This document shows, piece by piece, positions 30,232 to 39,281 of a DNA stretch of 64,000 nt. The first letter of the stretch is position 1. Every line of letters starts with the position of its first letter. The DNA comes from Methanobacteriota archaeon (GTDB taxonomy: Archaea > Thermoplasmatota > Thermoplasmata > SG8-5 > JAGLSY01). Below the pieces are notes generated by a model. It was not told where the DNA came from. It did no database searches and saw only the letters and a program-made list of their open reading frames with translations. The DNA lies in contig JAEHCQ010000001.1 in NCBI GenBank assembly GCA_020696385.1, positions 320,001 through 384,000 on the forward strand, read 5' to 3'. Both the position numbers and the translations under genes were made by a program.

Positions 30232-30315
30232 TGCTCCTCCTTCTTTATCATATATCATAATATGATCATTGTATTATGATTCAATGATACTACTGGCATA
30301 TATTTTTGATTCTGA

Positions 30316-30370
30316 AAAGTGACCATAAAGTGGGGATTTTTGCTCAATTTAGTTATGAACTTTGACCACT
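30316..30370 (+). promoter_or_regulatory. 55-bp promoter/operator element, copy 2
   Basis: 48/55 identical to the reverse complement of 24473-24527, including the exact 19-mer GTTATGAACTTTGACCACT; lies upstream of four small ORFs. Confidence 0.75.
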
Positions 30371-30417
30371 CTATTTAGTATTAGACTTCGGGAAAAGGGG
30401 TCTAGGATGTGAAAAAA

Positions 30418-30546
30418 ATGAACTACAATAAAAAAGTCGTGCAGGCATTGAGAAAGGTTGGCCGAACGGTCAGATCAGAGCTAACAGCAGCAGAAAGAGC
30501 GAGCCCAGCTGTATTGAGACATGTGGCAGCCCACTGGGGCGGTTGA
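30418..30546 (+). CDS. Microprotein A (42 aa, basic)
   Basis: MNYNKKVVQALRKVGRTVRSELTAAERASPAVLRHVAAHWGG; GGATGTGA upstream; first of four tandem ORFs. Confidence 0.55.
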   Translation: MNYNKKVVQALRKVGRTVRSELTAAERASPAVLRHVAAHWGG

Positions 30547-30571
30547 TCAGGAAGATGATGGAGGTAAGAAC

Positions 30572-30691
30572 ATGATAAAAATATTGATAGATGCGATACA
30601 CAAATCTGTTAAGGACGATGATACAGTTGGAAAAGACAAGAAAATAAGCCCTTCGCTCAATTGCATCCCTCTTTACGATAGAGCAGTATAA
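30572..30691 (+). CDS. Microprotein B (39 aa)
   Basis: MIKILIDAIHKSVKDDDTVGKDKKISPSLNCIPLYDRAV; GGAGGT SD 6 nt before ATG. Confidence 0.65.
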   Translation: MIKILIDAIHKSVKDDDTVGKDKKISPSLNCIPLYDRAV

Positions 30692-30708
30692 AGTGGGAGA
30701 GTGCCAAG

Positions 30709-30840
30709 ATGATCGTAACAGTAAAACATGACCTTTATGCTGATCTTCAGAGGATCGAGAATAGGGGGAAAAAGAATGCAAAGAAATTTTCTATCCTCAA
30801 TATCCTGAGCAGATCTAAAAGAAGAACTGGAGGGAGATAG
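30709..30840 (+). CDS. Microprotein C (43 aa), paralogous to the N-terminus of 31759..32148
   Basis: MIVTVKHDLYADLQRIENRGKKNAKKFSILNILSRSKRRTGGR; DLYADLQRIENRGK matches DIYADLEKIEERGK; GGGAG SD. Confidence 0.75.
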   Translation: MIVTVKHDLYADLQRIENRGKKNAKKFSILNILSRSKRRTGGR

Positions 30841-30948
30841 ATGAGTGATCAGGATGAATTTACAAACACCATTAGACTCCTTCTCTTTGGAGAGGATGAT
30901 GAAGATAAAATAGCAGATATTGAGATAGCAGACCATTCGCCAATATGA
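30841..30948 (+). CDS. Microprotein D (35 aa, acidic)
   Basis: MSDQDEFTNTIRLLLFGEDDEDKIADIEIADHSPI; ATG directly after the ORF C stop; GGAGGG SD. Confidence 0.65.
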   Translation: MSDQDEFTNTIRLLLFGEDDEDKIADIEIADHSPI

Positions 30949-30975
30949 ATGGTCGACTATCTCCCCTCATTTTGA
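30922..30975 (+). terminator. Stem-loop closing the microprotein operon
   Basis: GAGATAG-CA-GACCATTC / GAATGGTC-GA-CTATCTC (7+8 bp) overlapping the ORF D stop, then a pyrimidine-rich run. Confidence 0.55.
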
Positions 30976-31032
30976 TCATTATTACATTTTATACACCATG
31001 TTTAAAATATTTTCATCCACATATCCCGGCTC

Positions 31033-31575
31033 ATGCAGGGTTTGGAGATAAAAAGAATTCCCAGAGAAGAGCTGATTGACAGGGTTACGATATTTTCCTA
31101 CGAATCAGACAGCTATTATCGTGTGACCATCAATGAAAAGAATGATGGGTGGTCGATAGATCTTAAGCGTAAGGAGTTCCCCCAGACCTTTATAAAAAAT
31201 GATTCCACAGATAAGCTAGTACATGATTTCAAGGGAGATTCAGAGATATATCTGGCATACCTTGATGGAAAGGAAGCTGGTCAGTTGCAGATCGAGTTCC
31301 AAGAATACAATAAAAGCATAAGAGTTTGGGATATAGATATCTGGCCAGGATACCGTAGAAAGGGTATCGGAAAGGCTCTTATGGACCTGTGTAAGAAGAG
31401 AGCGGTGGATATCAATGCCAGACGTATAGTTCTGGAAGTGCAATCATCGAACTCAAAGGCAATTGAATTCTACCTGGCCATGGGCTTCAAGCTCATTGGA
31501 TTGGATGGAAGCCATTATTGTAATGATGATATGGATAGAGGAGAGGTCAGATTGGAGATGGCCATACACCTTTGA
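31033..31575 (+). CDS. GNAT acetyltransferase (streptothricin acetyltransferase-like)
   Basis: YRRKGIGKALM, LEVQSSNSKAIEFY..MGFKLIGLD. Confidence 0.85.
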   Translation: MQGLEIKRIPREELIDRVTIFSYESDSYYRVTINEKNDGWSIDLKRKEFPQTFIKNDSTDKLVHDFKGDSEIYLAYLDGKEAGQLQIEFQEYNKSIRVWDIDIWPGYRRKGIGKALMDLCKKRAVDINARRIVLEVQSSNSKAIEFYLAMGFKLIGLDGSHYCNDDMDRGEVRLEMAIHL

Positions 31576-31650
31576 TCTTGATAATATATTTTACACTCGA
31601 GTAAAAGGCAAATATAAATGCCTTATTTTCTCAAGCAACAATCTATTGCT

Positions 31651-31685
31651 ATTATGTGACAATAGTGATGCATTATGTGACAATA
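31651..31685. promoter_or_regulatory. 14-bp direct repeat ATTATGTGACAATA x2 (21-bp period), putative operator
   Basis: Exact copies at 31651-31664 and 31672-31685, upstream of 31759. Confidence 0.55.
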
Positions 31686-31758
31686 TTAGATTAGGCATTA
31701 AAAACATATTTATGATAGTTCCAACAATGGGCAATATGTATTTTGATTGGGTGAAGAC

Positions 31759-32148
31759 ATGGGTCGCGACATATACGCAGATTTGGAAAAGATAGAGGAA
31801 CGCGGAAAGCGTAAGAAAAAGGGATTCCTTTCTTTCATGGGCGGAAAGGAGCCAGGGGAAGAATCGCCCCCAGTTCACACAGTTTCTGCCTTCAGTGGTA
31901 ACCCGGACCCACCGACAGCTCCAACTCCCAAGCCAAAGCCTGTGGAGCAGGAGATCATTGAGACCGAGGAATGGATACCACTCAAGGGTCGAAAATTAAA
32001 GCAAGCACAAGATCACTTACATGATTACAAAAAGGTCCTGGAAAAGAGTTATAAATCAGGCCATTACAGCAAATCCAAATGTAGAGAAAAAGTGAAGGAA
32101 AAGGAGATCGAACTCGGACTATGCTCTCCAGATGCCTATGACAATTGA
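31759..32148 (+). CDS. Hypothetical protein (DxYADL motif, amphipathic KKGFLSFM segment, Pro-rich linker, SHOCT-like C-terminus)
   Basis: ATG 31759 after GGTGA; N-terminus shared with microprotein C. Confidence 0.75.
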   Translation: MGRDIYADLEKIEERGKRKKKGFLSFMGGKEPGEESPPVHTVSAFSGNPDPPTAPTPKPKPVEQEIIETEEWIPLKGRKLKQAQDHLHDYKKVLEKSYKSGHYSKSKCREKVKEKEIELGLCSPDAYDN

Positions 32149-32195
32149 TATTTTACAAACATATTGTTAGAGACAGCTTTAGCTTTGAGGAATCC

Positions 32196-32963
32196 TCATA
32201 TGATATATCTGGCTCCGATCTCAGCCCAGGTGGCCTCACCGACCCTTTCGAATCCCACACTCTCTGCCAATGAGACACTGGCCTCATTTGATTTGAACAT
32301 GTGCGCTACAGCTTTTCCACCACGCCCATTAATTCTCTTAACCAATGCTTTCGTCGACATGGCCAGGTAGCCCTTTCTTCTGTGATCGTCAAGAGTGTGA
32401 GCGAAACCAAGCTCAGCCATGCCCTTTATCTCATAATGAAGGCCCACCCAGGAAACAAGTTCACCATCCACCCTGACACAGGCACTGTCGAATTTTCTTA
32501 TTTTTTCCTTTATAATATCCTCGGGGTCATCTATAAGGTCCCAATGTTCGGCGATCAATGCCGCATCCCCTTCTTCAAGTCCTCCCAGATCGTCCCATGG
32601 TCCATCCCCGATATCACCAGATGAGACATATTTCCAGCACGGTCCCTCATAATCTATTTTGAACTCATTTTTGAGCTGTGTCAAGGCACTTGTTGGGCAT
32701 CCGTGAGTGAAGAAGCCAGCCTGCGGCAACTTATCGAAAGGGATCGTGGTATCTGTCCAATTTCCTGAAAAAACGACAAGAGCCTCATTCAGATCTATGG
32801 CCATTGCCGCTCTTGTTTCATTATCATAATAGATATCATATTCATGACCAATTTCAAAGACCCTGAATAGGAAAATAGCGTTTTGAAAAATATCATCATT
32901 CAGAGCCAACTTCATTTTTTTAATATCTGATATTGTGGTCAACAGCCTAGCATTTTTCATCAA
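32196..32963 (-). CDS. GNAT acetyltransferase (FR47-like C-terminal domain)
   Basis: ELGFAHTLDDHRRKGY, NEASVSLAESVGF. Confidence 0.8.
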   Translation of the reverse strand: MMKNARLLTTISDIKKMKLALNDDIFQNAIFLFRVFEIGHEYDIYYDNETRAAMAIDLNEALVVFSGNWTDTTIPFDKLPQAGFFTHGCPTSALTQLKNEFKIDYEGPCWKYVSSGDIGDGPWDDLGGLEEGDAALIAEHWDLIDDPEDIIKEKIRKFDSACVRVDGELVSWVGLHYEIKGMAELGFAHTLDDHRRKGYLAMSTKALVKRINGRGGKAVAHMFKSNEASVSLAESVGFERVGEATWAEIGARYII

Positions 32964-33074
32964 CGTAGTTAATGTTCCGATGAGATATAAAGTTGCTGGC
33001 AGGCTACATTTAATGAGGCAATAACAGGCGTATAATTATTATATTAGATTAACTTAACAATAGTTAATGTTGGA

Positions 33075-34256
33075 GTGATCATGCGCTTTCGAATATTATC
33101 AAAATCTATATCCAGAAGAAGATCCAGGGTAGCAATTGCTATCATCGCAGTGATAATGGGAGCCTCCGTATTCGGTGCACTTGTCATGACTTCCATGGAG
33201 GTGCGGGATAATGTGGGTCTTGAGTTCAGGCAGTATGGTGCAAATATTTTGATGATTCCTAAGACTGATTCGATCTCTGTTTCAATTGGTGAGATAGAAT
33301 ATGGAAGCGTCACTGAACAGAGATACATTGAAGAATCAGACCTGCCAAAGATCATGGAGATATACTGGGCACCCAATATACTAGGAATAGCTCCCTATCT
33401 ATATGGAATGGCCGAAGTTGAGGATCATGCGGTCATTCTGTCTGGAGTTAACTTTTCAGCGCTTAAGATTGTAAATCCCTGGTGGAATATTGAAGGTGAC
33501 TGGGTGGATGATGATAATGATTCTCATGGTGCATTGGTAGGCATAACGGTATCTGAAGCATTGAACCTGGGCATTGGGGACAATTTCACGGCAAAATATA
33601 ATAATACTCAAAATGAAACCATCCAATCCTTTACCGTGAAGGGAATTGTTGATACTGGTGGCTCAGAGGATTATCAGATATTCACCAAATTATTAGATGC
33701 TCAATTATTATACGACAAGGAAAACAAGGTGTCGATAGTCCAAGTAAGTGCCCTATGTACTGCATGCCCAATTGATGTTATAGCGGAACAGATAGAGGAA
33801 AAGATAGTCTATGTCGAGGCAAAATCTGTAAAACAAATGGTGAATGCGGAGATGCAGATACTCGGCAAAGTTGAGAGTTTGATGTTCATAGTAACAGCCA
33901 TCGCATTACTGGCCTCCGCAATGGGGGTGATGACCACAATGACAACATCTGTCATAGAGAGGCAGAAAGAAATTGGAATTATGAAGGCCATCGGAGCAGA
34001 GAATCGAACTATAGCCAGCCTCTTTTATTCAGAGGCTGTGATCATCGGCGTCTTGGGCGGTGTGATCGGTTATTTCGTGGCGATTGTTCTGGCACAATTC
34101 ATAGGAGATAGTGTATTCAATTCACCTATTTCTCCAAACCCGGTAGTGCTCCTATATGTTCTGTGTGTATCTATCGGCGTCGCTCTTCTGGCAAGTGTAT
34201 ACCCTGTCAGAAGGGCAATCTTTATTGAACCAGCCAAAGTTTTGAGGGGGGATTGA
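33075..34256 (+). CDS. ABC transporter permease (MacB/FtsX family)
   Basis: FRQYGANI, ERQKEIGIMKAIGA, 4 TM, PAKVLRG. Confidence 0.9.
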   Translation: MIMRFRILSKSISRRRSRVAIAIIAVIMGASVFGALVMTSMEVRDNVGLEFRQYGANILMIPKTDSISVSIGEIEYGSVTEQRYIEESDLPKIMEIYWAPNILGIAPYLYGMAEVEDHAVILSGVNFSALKIVNPWWNIEGDWVDDDNDSHGALVGITVSEALNLGIGDNFTAKYNNTQNETIQSFTVKGIVDTGGSEDYQIFTKLLDAQLLYDKENKVSIVQVSALCTACPIDVIAEQIEEKIVYVEAKSVKQMVNAEMQILGKVESLMFIVTAIALLASAMGVMTTMTTSVIERQKEIGIMKAIGAENRTIASLFYSEAVIIGVLGGVIGYFVAIVLAQFIGDSVFNSPISPNPVVLLYVLCVSIGVALLASVYPVRRAIFIEPAKVLRGD

Positions 34257-34977
34257 AATCTCGAGATCAATACTAAAAACACATGAATTGACCATGGATT
34301 ATAATGAGAATACTCGTGCTCTGGATAATGTCAATATCGAGGTCATGAAAGGGGAATGGGTCTCTATAATGGGAGCATCAGGATCTGGAAAGACCACGCT
34401 TCTCAATATAATAGGATGTCTGGACACTCCGACATCTGGTAGTGTGTTCACGAAGGGTATTAAAATCACTGACCTCGATCCCAAGGAACTGACCAGATTC
34501 AGGCGGGAAAATATGGGGTTCATTTTCCAACAATTTCATCTTGTACCCTATCTGACAGCCCTGGAAAATGTGATGCTGGCTAAATATTTTCTACATGGCA
34601 AGGGGGATCATGAAGAAGATGCTAGACTTGCATTGGAGCGGGTCGACATGGGACATCGCCTGGAACATATTCCTGCCCACCTTTCTGGTGGTGAACAGCA
34701 GAGAGTGGCCGTGGCCAGAGCTCTGGCAAATGAGCCTGAGATAATACTGGCAGACGAACCAACTGGAAATCTAGATCAGAAAAATAGTTGGAAGATCCTA
34801 GAACTGCTGAAGAGCCTGCATGATGAGGGGCACACAATTCTATTGATCACCCATGAACCAGATATTGGCAAGATGGGCAATAGAACTATAAGGCTGGTGG
34901 ATGGACAGGTTTCATCACCTGAGCCATTGTCATCAAGTATTATTAATGAAAATAGAGGAGAAAGTAATTATGAATAA
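34252..34977 (+). CDS. ABC transporter ATP-binding protein (LolD/MacB type); start uncertain
   Basis: [28 protein letters not shown]; conserved first strand ILKTHELT lies upstream of the first canonical start (34288). Confidence 0.9.
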   Translation: MEISRSILKTHELTMDYNENTRALDNVNIEVMKGEWVSIMGASGSGKTTLLNIIGCLDTPTSGSVFTKGIKITDLDPKELTRFRRENMGFIFQQFHLVPYLTALENVMLAKYFLHGKGDHEEDARLALERVDMGHRLEHIPAHLSGGEQQRVAVARALANEPEIILADEPTGNLDQKNSWKILELLKSLHDEGHTILLITHEPDIGKMGNRTIRLVDGQVSSPEPLSSSIINENRGESNYE

Positions 34978-35509
34978 TAACAAGAAAAAAGAGGGCGGGA
35001 AGAAAGCTGATATCAGAAGAATGGAGGAAGCTAGGAAAAAAAAGATGATGATAGGCATGAGCGTTTTAGCCGTAGCTATAATCTGCTTAGGGATGATTTT
35101 TTCCATCATGGATTTTTCTGATAGACAGTCTGCATATAGTGATCCTTCACAGACAACCGAAAATGAGATCATTATTCCGGTATCGGAGATAACCACATCG
35201 GCCAAATATTACAAGAATACAATAGATGGTGTTACGGTCAAGTACTTCGTGATTGAGGGAAGTGATGGTCAAATCCACACGGCCTTCGATGCCTGTGATG
35301 TGTGCTACCATGAGAAAAGAGGATATTCTCAGGATGAGCTAAATATGGTGTGCAACAATTGTGGGAATCAATATCCGACCAATGGCATAGGATCTGAGAA
35401 TAGTGCAGGTGGAGCGTGTTGGCCAGGATATCTCAGGACCTCGATAGAGGATGGTAACTTGATTATTGAAAGATCGGAATTGGTAAATGGTAAATATTAT
35501 TTCGAATGA
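34970..35509 (+). CDS. DUF2318 membrane Fe-S-containing protein (iron-uptake-associated)
   Basis: AFDACDVC, GYSQ, VCNNCG, GACWP; one TM; ATG 34970 after GAGGAG. Confidence 0.85.
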   Translation: MNNNKKKEGGKKADIRRMEEARKKKMMIGMSVLAVAIICLGMIFSIMDFSDRQSAYSDPSQTTENEIIIPVSEITTSAKYYKNTIDGVTVKYFVIEGSDGQIHTAFDACDVCYHEKRGYSQDELNMVCNNCGNQYPTNGIGSENSAGGACWPGYLRTSIEDGNLIIERSELVNGKYYFE

Positions 35510-35575
35510 TCTGCCATAATTGAGTAGTCTAACTAAGTGAAAAATTACAAATATGCCTATTCGATATGATCACCA

Positions 35576-36133
35576 ATGGACAATCTATCAATAATGCTGA
35601 TCTCCATAGGACTGGCAATGGACTGCCTGGCGGTGTCCATATCTAGTGCTGTGACCATCAAGGAAGTTAAATTATCTGATGGTCTAAGAGTGGGATTGTT
35701 CTTCGGCGGTTTCCAGGGAGGGTTGGCACTGCTTGGTTGGCTGGGGGCAAGCAGTTTTGCCACCCTTGTTGAAAGTGTGGATCACTGGATAGCCTTCATA
35801 CTTCTGGCAATAATAGGTATCAAGATGATCAAGGAAGGAATGGAAGAAGAGGAATCCTCGGGTATGAACCACAGGAACCTGAGAGTGCTCTTGATATTGT
35901 CGATCGCTACAAGTATTGATTCTCTGGCAATAGGGATCTCATTCTCCTTCCTGGGTATCTCGATAATACTGCCAGTGATAATGATCGCAATAGTGTCATT
36001 CATATTCGCCTTCGCAGGAACTTTCATCGGCCAGAAAGCTGGTGAGAAATTGGAGGGCAAGATGGAGATCATCGGTGGCCTAATTCTGATAGGGCTGGGA
36101 TTGAAGATACTGCTGGAGCATACTGTTTTGTAA
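35576..36133 (+). CDS. mntP: Manganese efflux pump MntP family
   Basis: GLAMDCLAVS, FFGGFQ, DHWIAFILL, ATSIDSLAIG, GGLILIGLG. Confidence 0.9.
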   Translation: MDNLSIMLISIGLAMDCLAVSISSAVTIKEVKLSDGLRVGLFFGGFQGGLALLGWLGASSFATLVESVDHWIAFILLAIIGIKMIKEGMEEEESSGMNHRNLRVLLILSIATSIDSLAIGISFSFLGISIILPVIMIAIVSFIFAFAGTFIGQKAGEKLEGKMEIIGGLILIGLGLKILLEHTVL

Positions 36134-36182
36134 CTAGTGAATGAATTTCATATCATTGAATTCAATGAGAGCTCTCTATTCA

Positions 36183-36230
36183 AGAAAAAATGAAGAAAAA
36201 GGAAAGGGTGGGAGAGCGTGTCTCCCATTC
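36183..36230 (-). terminator. Stem-loop plus T-tract terminator
   Basis: TGGGAGA/TCTCCCA stem (36209-36227) followed on the minus strand by long T-rich runs. Confidence 0.6.
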
Positions 36231-36259
36231 TCCGTAGTTGAACTATTGGATTATTAGGT

Positions 36260-38446
36260 CTAATAATAACCAATAGTTACCGTGATTATGGCCTCATACA
36301 GACCTTCTTGCGTACCAGCGGGCACATCGATGAACCAGGCTACCTGGGTCGCCTGAAGTAGACCGCTTCCATACATATTGAAGTCAGATCCCATTGGTCC
36401 ATTTGCGGTAGTACCATTGCTTGGTGCAGGTAACATAGTTGTGGCAGAGTTATTACCCCATACACCGACCTCGACATCAATACCAGGTATTGCGGTTATG
36501 TTAAAGATCTCCGTATTGGTGTCATTTGCCTGGCCTGTGATGTTCACATGCTGCAAACTGACATTGGTACATGGTATGGAATTCACACCATCCGAGAGGT
36601 CTGGAATTGATATGTTGACGTAGTACGGTGTATTTGCCGAATATGTTATGTTGCTGTATGGGAACAAAGCGATACCATTGGTACCTGGTGGCGCATTTGC
36701 GCTTGGATCATCAGCCACTGTAATGTTAGTGTACATGAACACTCCGAACTCGCCGTATGTGTAGTTTGTGGCTGTTGGGAATCCGGCATCATAGACCTCT
36801 AACCTGAAGTTCCAGCTATTTGCATCATCCAACATTATGTTTGGATCATACTCATCACCAGTTACAGGTGTGTTCCATGCTCCATCTCCAGCTGCTGCCA
36901 TTGTCTGCTTGTTCATGGTCACATTCATCCAAACATAGTATTTCTCATCGGCCACAGATACATTTGACCAGAAGCTGTCCAATGTGAATTCACCGGGTCC
37001 AGCTGCAGGGTATGTCAAAGCTGCGGACTCTGGAATTCCACCACCGTCTCCTTCTTCCCACAGAGCGGTGAACATCGTTGTCCTGTTGTCAACTGTGGCT
37101 CCTCTTGGGTCATTATCGCCATCATCCAACCAGCCATTGAGTTCCACTCTCACATTGTCGATACCATCGAAGAACTGATTGTCCGTACCTATAGAGTAGT
37201 TGAACTCGCCCCTGAAGGTGTATGTCTCCTCGACATTGACCTGCTTGTCCAGTGTGCTTGTCCTTGTGACATCGGTCATATCCCACATTCCTATTGTGTA
37301 ACCATGTGGCACATCTGTATTGACCTTTATCTTCGTGTCTGAATTGGCTGCTGAAACATAAGCACCCAGACCTCCACTGACACCAGCCACAATAGCTGAG
37401 CTTGGACTGTTGTATCCCTTGACTGAAACACCATTGAATACTGGTGATGCTTCTGGAAGCTTGTAGGTCATATCCTTCAGTATTCCAGTTGTGGAGTAGT
37501 AATTGTAATAAGCACCATTGCCACTGCTGGATCCAACTGCGGCTCCCCATGTTCCATCAGGGGACCAATCGAAGTCCAGTATATTGTATCCTGTGTGGTT
37601 ATCCAACATATCTGGTATACCACCATCGAACATGAAGAGGTTACCATTTGCATTGTACATTCCACCTATCATTGCGAAAGTACCGGATGGTTGCCAGTCG
37701 ATGGTTTTCAATGCGCCAGTTGCAGGCCATGCAAGGGGAGTCTCGAATTGATCTCCAGAAATTGACCAGCTGTAACTAATACTATTACCAGCATTTTCAC
37801 CAACTGCATAGTATGTGGCTCCAGGTGTTACTTGATCCCATGTAGCATCATAGAGTATGTCACCAGCTAAAAATGCATTAAGGTCTGCAAATTCCCACCA
37901 ACCGCCGATATTATACCAGGCTGCTAGTCCTTTTGCAACTCCTGTTGTATTAACTCCCACGGCGAAGAATTTGTACTGTGAGTTACCCCATTCATGAGCA
38001 ACGCATGCACCATTGAAAGTTCCCATAACGGAACCATCTGGGGCACCTAATGGGCTCAGTCCACCAAAATAGTCATATTCGTATGCTATTGGTTGTCCAC
38101 CAGCATCATTTCCTACAATGTAGAATACATCCGAATAATTGTCGTAGATGACATCATTCAGAATATCTCCTGCTACAGATGAGAAGAAATTTGGGGTCCA
38201 TTCCATTGAATTTGCATCATACAGATGAACGTTTTCTGATGCACCATCAACAGCCAATGCAAAAGCACCACTTGTCGTGTTCCATGCAATCTTTGTCAGG
38301 CCACCACCTGGGTAGTTGGTGTTTCGCTCCTCAAACAACCTTGCGGAGTCCTCAGCAACGGCATTTAGCCCTAAGATCGAAAATCCTGCTCCTATCATCG
38401 CGAATGTTATTGCGAATGCTATAATTTTTTTACTAATCATATTCAT
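36260..38446 (-). CDS. Secreted protein with a beta-propeller-like N-terminal half (cell-surface/S-layer-like)
   Basis: Signal peptide; repeated L.D..W.P.G..A..VG units; many N-x-S/T sequons. Confidence 0.75.
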   Translation of the reverse strand: MNMISKKIIAFAITFAMIGAGFSILGLNAVAEDSARLFEERNTNYPGGGLTKIAWNTTSGAFALAVDGASENVHLYDANSMEWTPNFFSSVAGDILNDVIYDNYSDVFYIVGNDAGGQPIAYEYDYFGGLSPLGAPDGSVMGTFNGACVAHEWGNSQYKFFAVGVNTTGVAKGLAAWYNIGGWWEFADLNAFLAGDILYDATWDQVTPGATYYAVGENAGNSISYSWSISGDQFETPLAWPATGALKTIDWQPSGTFAMIGGMYNANGNLFMFDGGIPDMLDNHTGYNILDFDWSPDGTWGAAVGSSSGNGAYYNYYSTTGILKDMTYKLPEASPVFNGVSVKGYNSPSSAIVAGVSGGLGAYVSAANSDTKIKVNTDVPHGYTIGMWDMTDVTRTSTLDKQVNVEETYTFRGEFNYSIGTDNQFFDGIDNVRVELNGWLDDGDNDPRGATVDNRTTMFTALWEEGDGGGIPESAALTYPAAGPGEFTLDSFWSNVSVADEKYYVWMNVTMNKQTMAAAGDGAWNTPVTGDEYDPNIMLDDANSWNFRLEVYDAGFPTATNYTYGEFGVFMYTNITVADDPSANAPPGTNGIALFPYSNITYSANTPYYVNISIPDLSDGVNSIPCTNVSLQHVNITGQANDTNTEIFNITAIPGIDVEVGVWGNNSATTMLPAPSNGTTANGPMGSDFNMYGSGLLQATQVAWFIDVPAGTQEGLYEAIITVTIGYY

Positions 38447-38626
38447 GTCTCCCTCACAGATTTATTTGTGTCTGATTTTTCACAATTATGAAAGCTATGT
38501 ATTAATTAATATTAATAACTTTGCTGTATGATAGTTTATAATACCATGTGTATGCGACATGAATGTATGACGAATTCATGTTAATTTAACATTCGACCAT
38601 TTCATTATCCGAGTCGTTCGGGGAGA

Positions 38627-39280
38627 TCACTTTTTTGCCTTCGGTACTTTCTCCCAATCCGCCAGAAACTTCTCGATCCCATTATCGGTGAGGGGGTGGC
38701 TGGCCATTAGTTTCAATACCTTCAATGGCAAAGTGACAATATGTGCACCGGCCTTTGCGGAGTCTATGACGTGGATCGGATGTCTAACACTGGCAACTAT
38801 GACCTCCGTGTCAAAACCATAGTTCATGAATATCTGAACTATGTCACGTATGATCTGCATACCTTCCTGGCCATTATCATCCAGCCTGCCCACAAAAGGG
38901 CTGACGAAGGTGGCACCGGCCTTTGCAGCTAGCAAGGCCTGATTGGCAGAGAATATGAGAGTGACATTTGTTTTGATACCTCTTAGAGAGAGTTCTTTTG
39001 TTGCTTTGAGCCCTTCAGCACACATTGGAATTTTAATTGTTATATTGTCATGGATCTTGACCAGTTCCCTGGCTTCCTTCACCATGCCTTTTGCATCCAT
39101 GCTGACGACCTCGGCACTTATTGGCCCATCGACGATGGAACATATCTCTTTAACGACCTCTTTGAAATCCTTCCCTTCTCTTGCTATCAGGGATGGGTTT
39201 GTCGTAACTCCATCGATTATGCCCCAGCTATTCGCCTCTTTGATCTCGTCAATGTTCGCCGTGTCCAGAAATATTTTCAT
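38627..39280 (-). CDS. tal: Transaldolase (TalC/FSA family)
   Basis: [42 protein letters not shown]. Confidence 0.93.
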   Translation of the reverse strand: MKIFLDTANIDEIKEANSWGIIDGVTTNPSLIAREGKDFKEVVKEICSIVDGPISAEVVSMDAKGMVKEARELVKIHDNITIKIPMCAEGLKATKELSLRGIKTNVTLIFSANQALLAAKAGATFVSPFVGRLDDNGQEGMQIIRDIVQIFMNYGFDTEVIVASVRHPIHVIDSAKAGAHIVTLPLKVLKLMASHPLTDNGIEKFLADWEKVPKAKK

Positions 39281-39281
39281 G

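Noticed and set aside
30250-30290. Overlapping ATCAT/ATGAT palindromes
   Set aside because: Low-complexity AT-rich sequence; could be chance or a simple terminator.
30470-30936. Minus-strand ORFs of 103 and 87 aa in the ORF track
   Set aside because: No SD or motifs; the + strand microORFs have SDs, tight tiling and a paralogue.
36153-36176. Perfect palindromes TCATTGAATTCAATGA and GAGAGCTCTC
   Set aside because: Lie between convergent genes and are adequately explained as termination structures.
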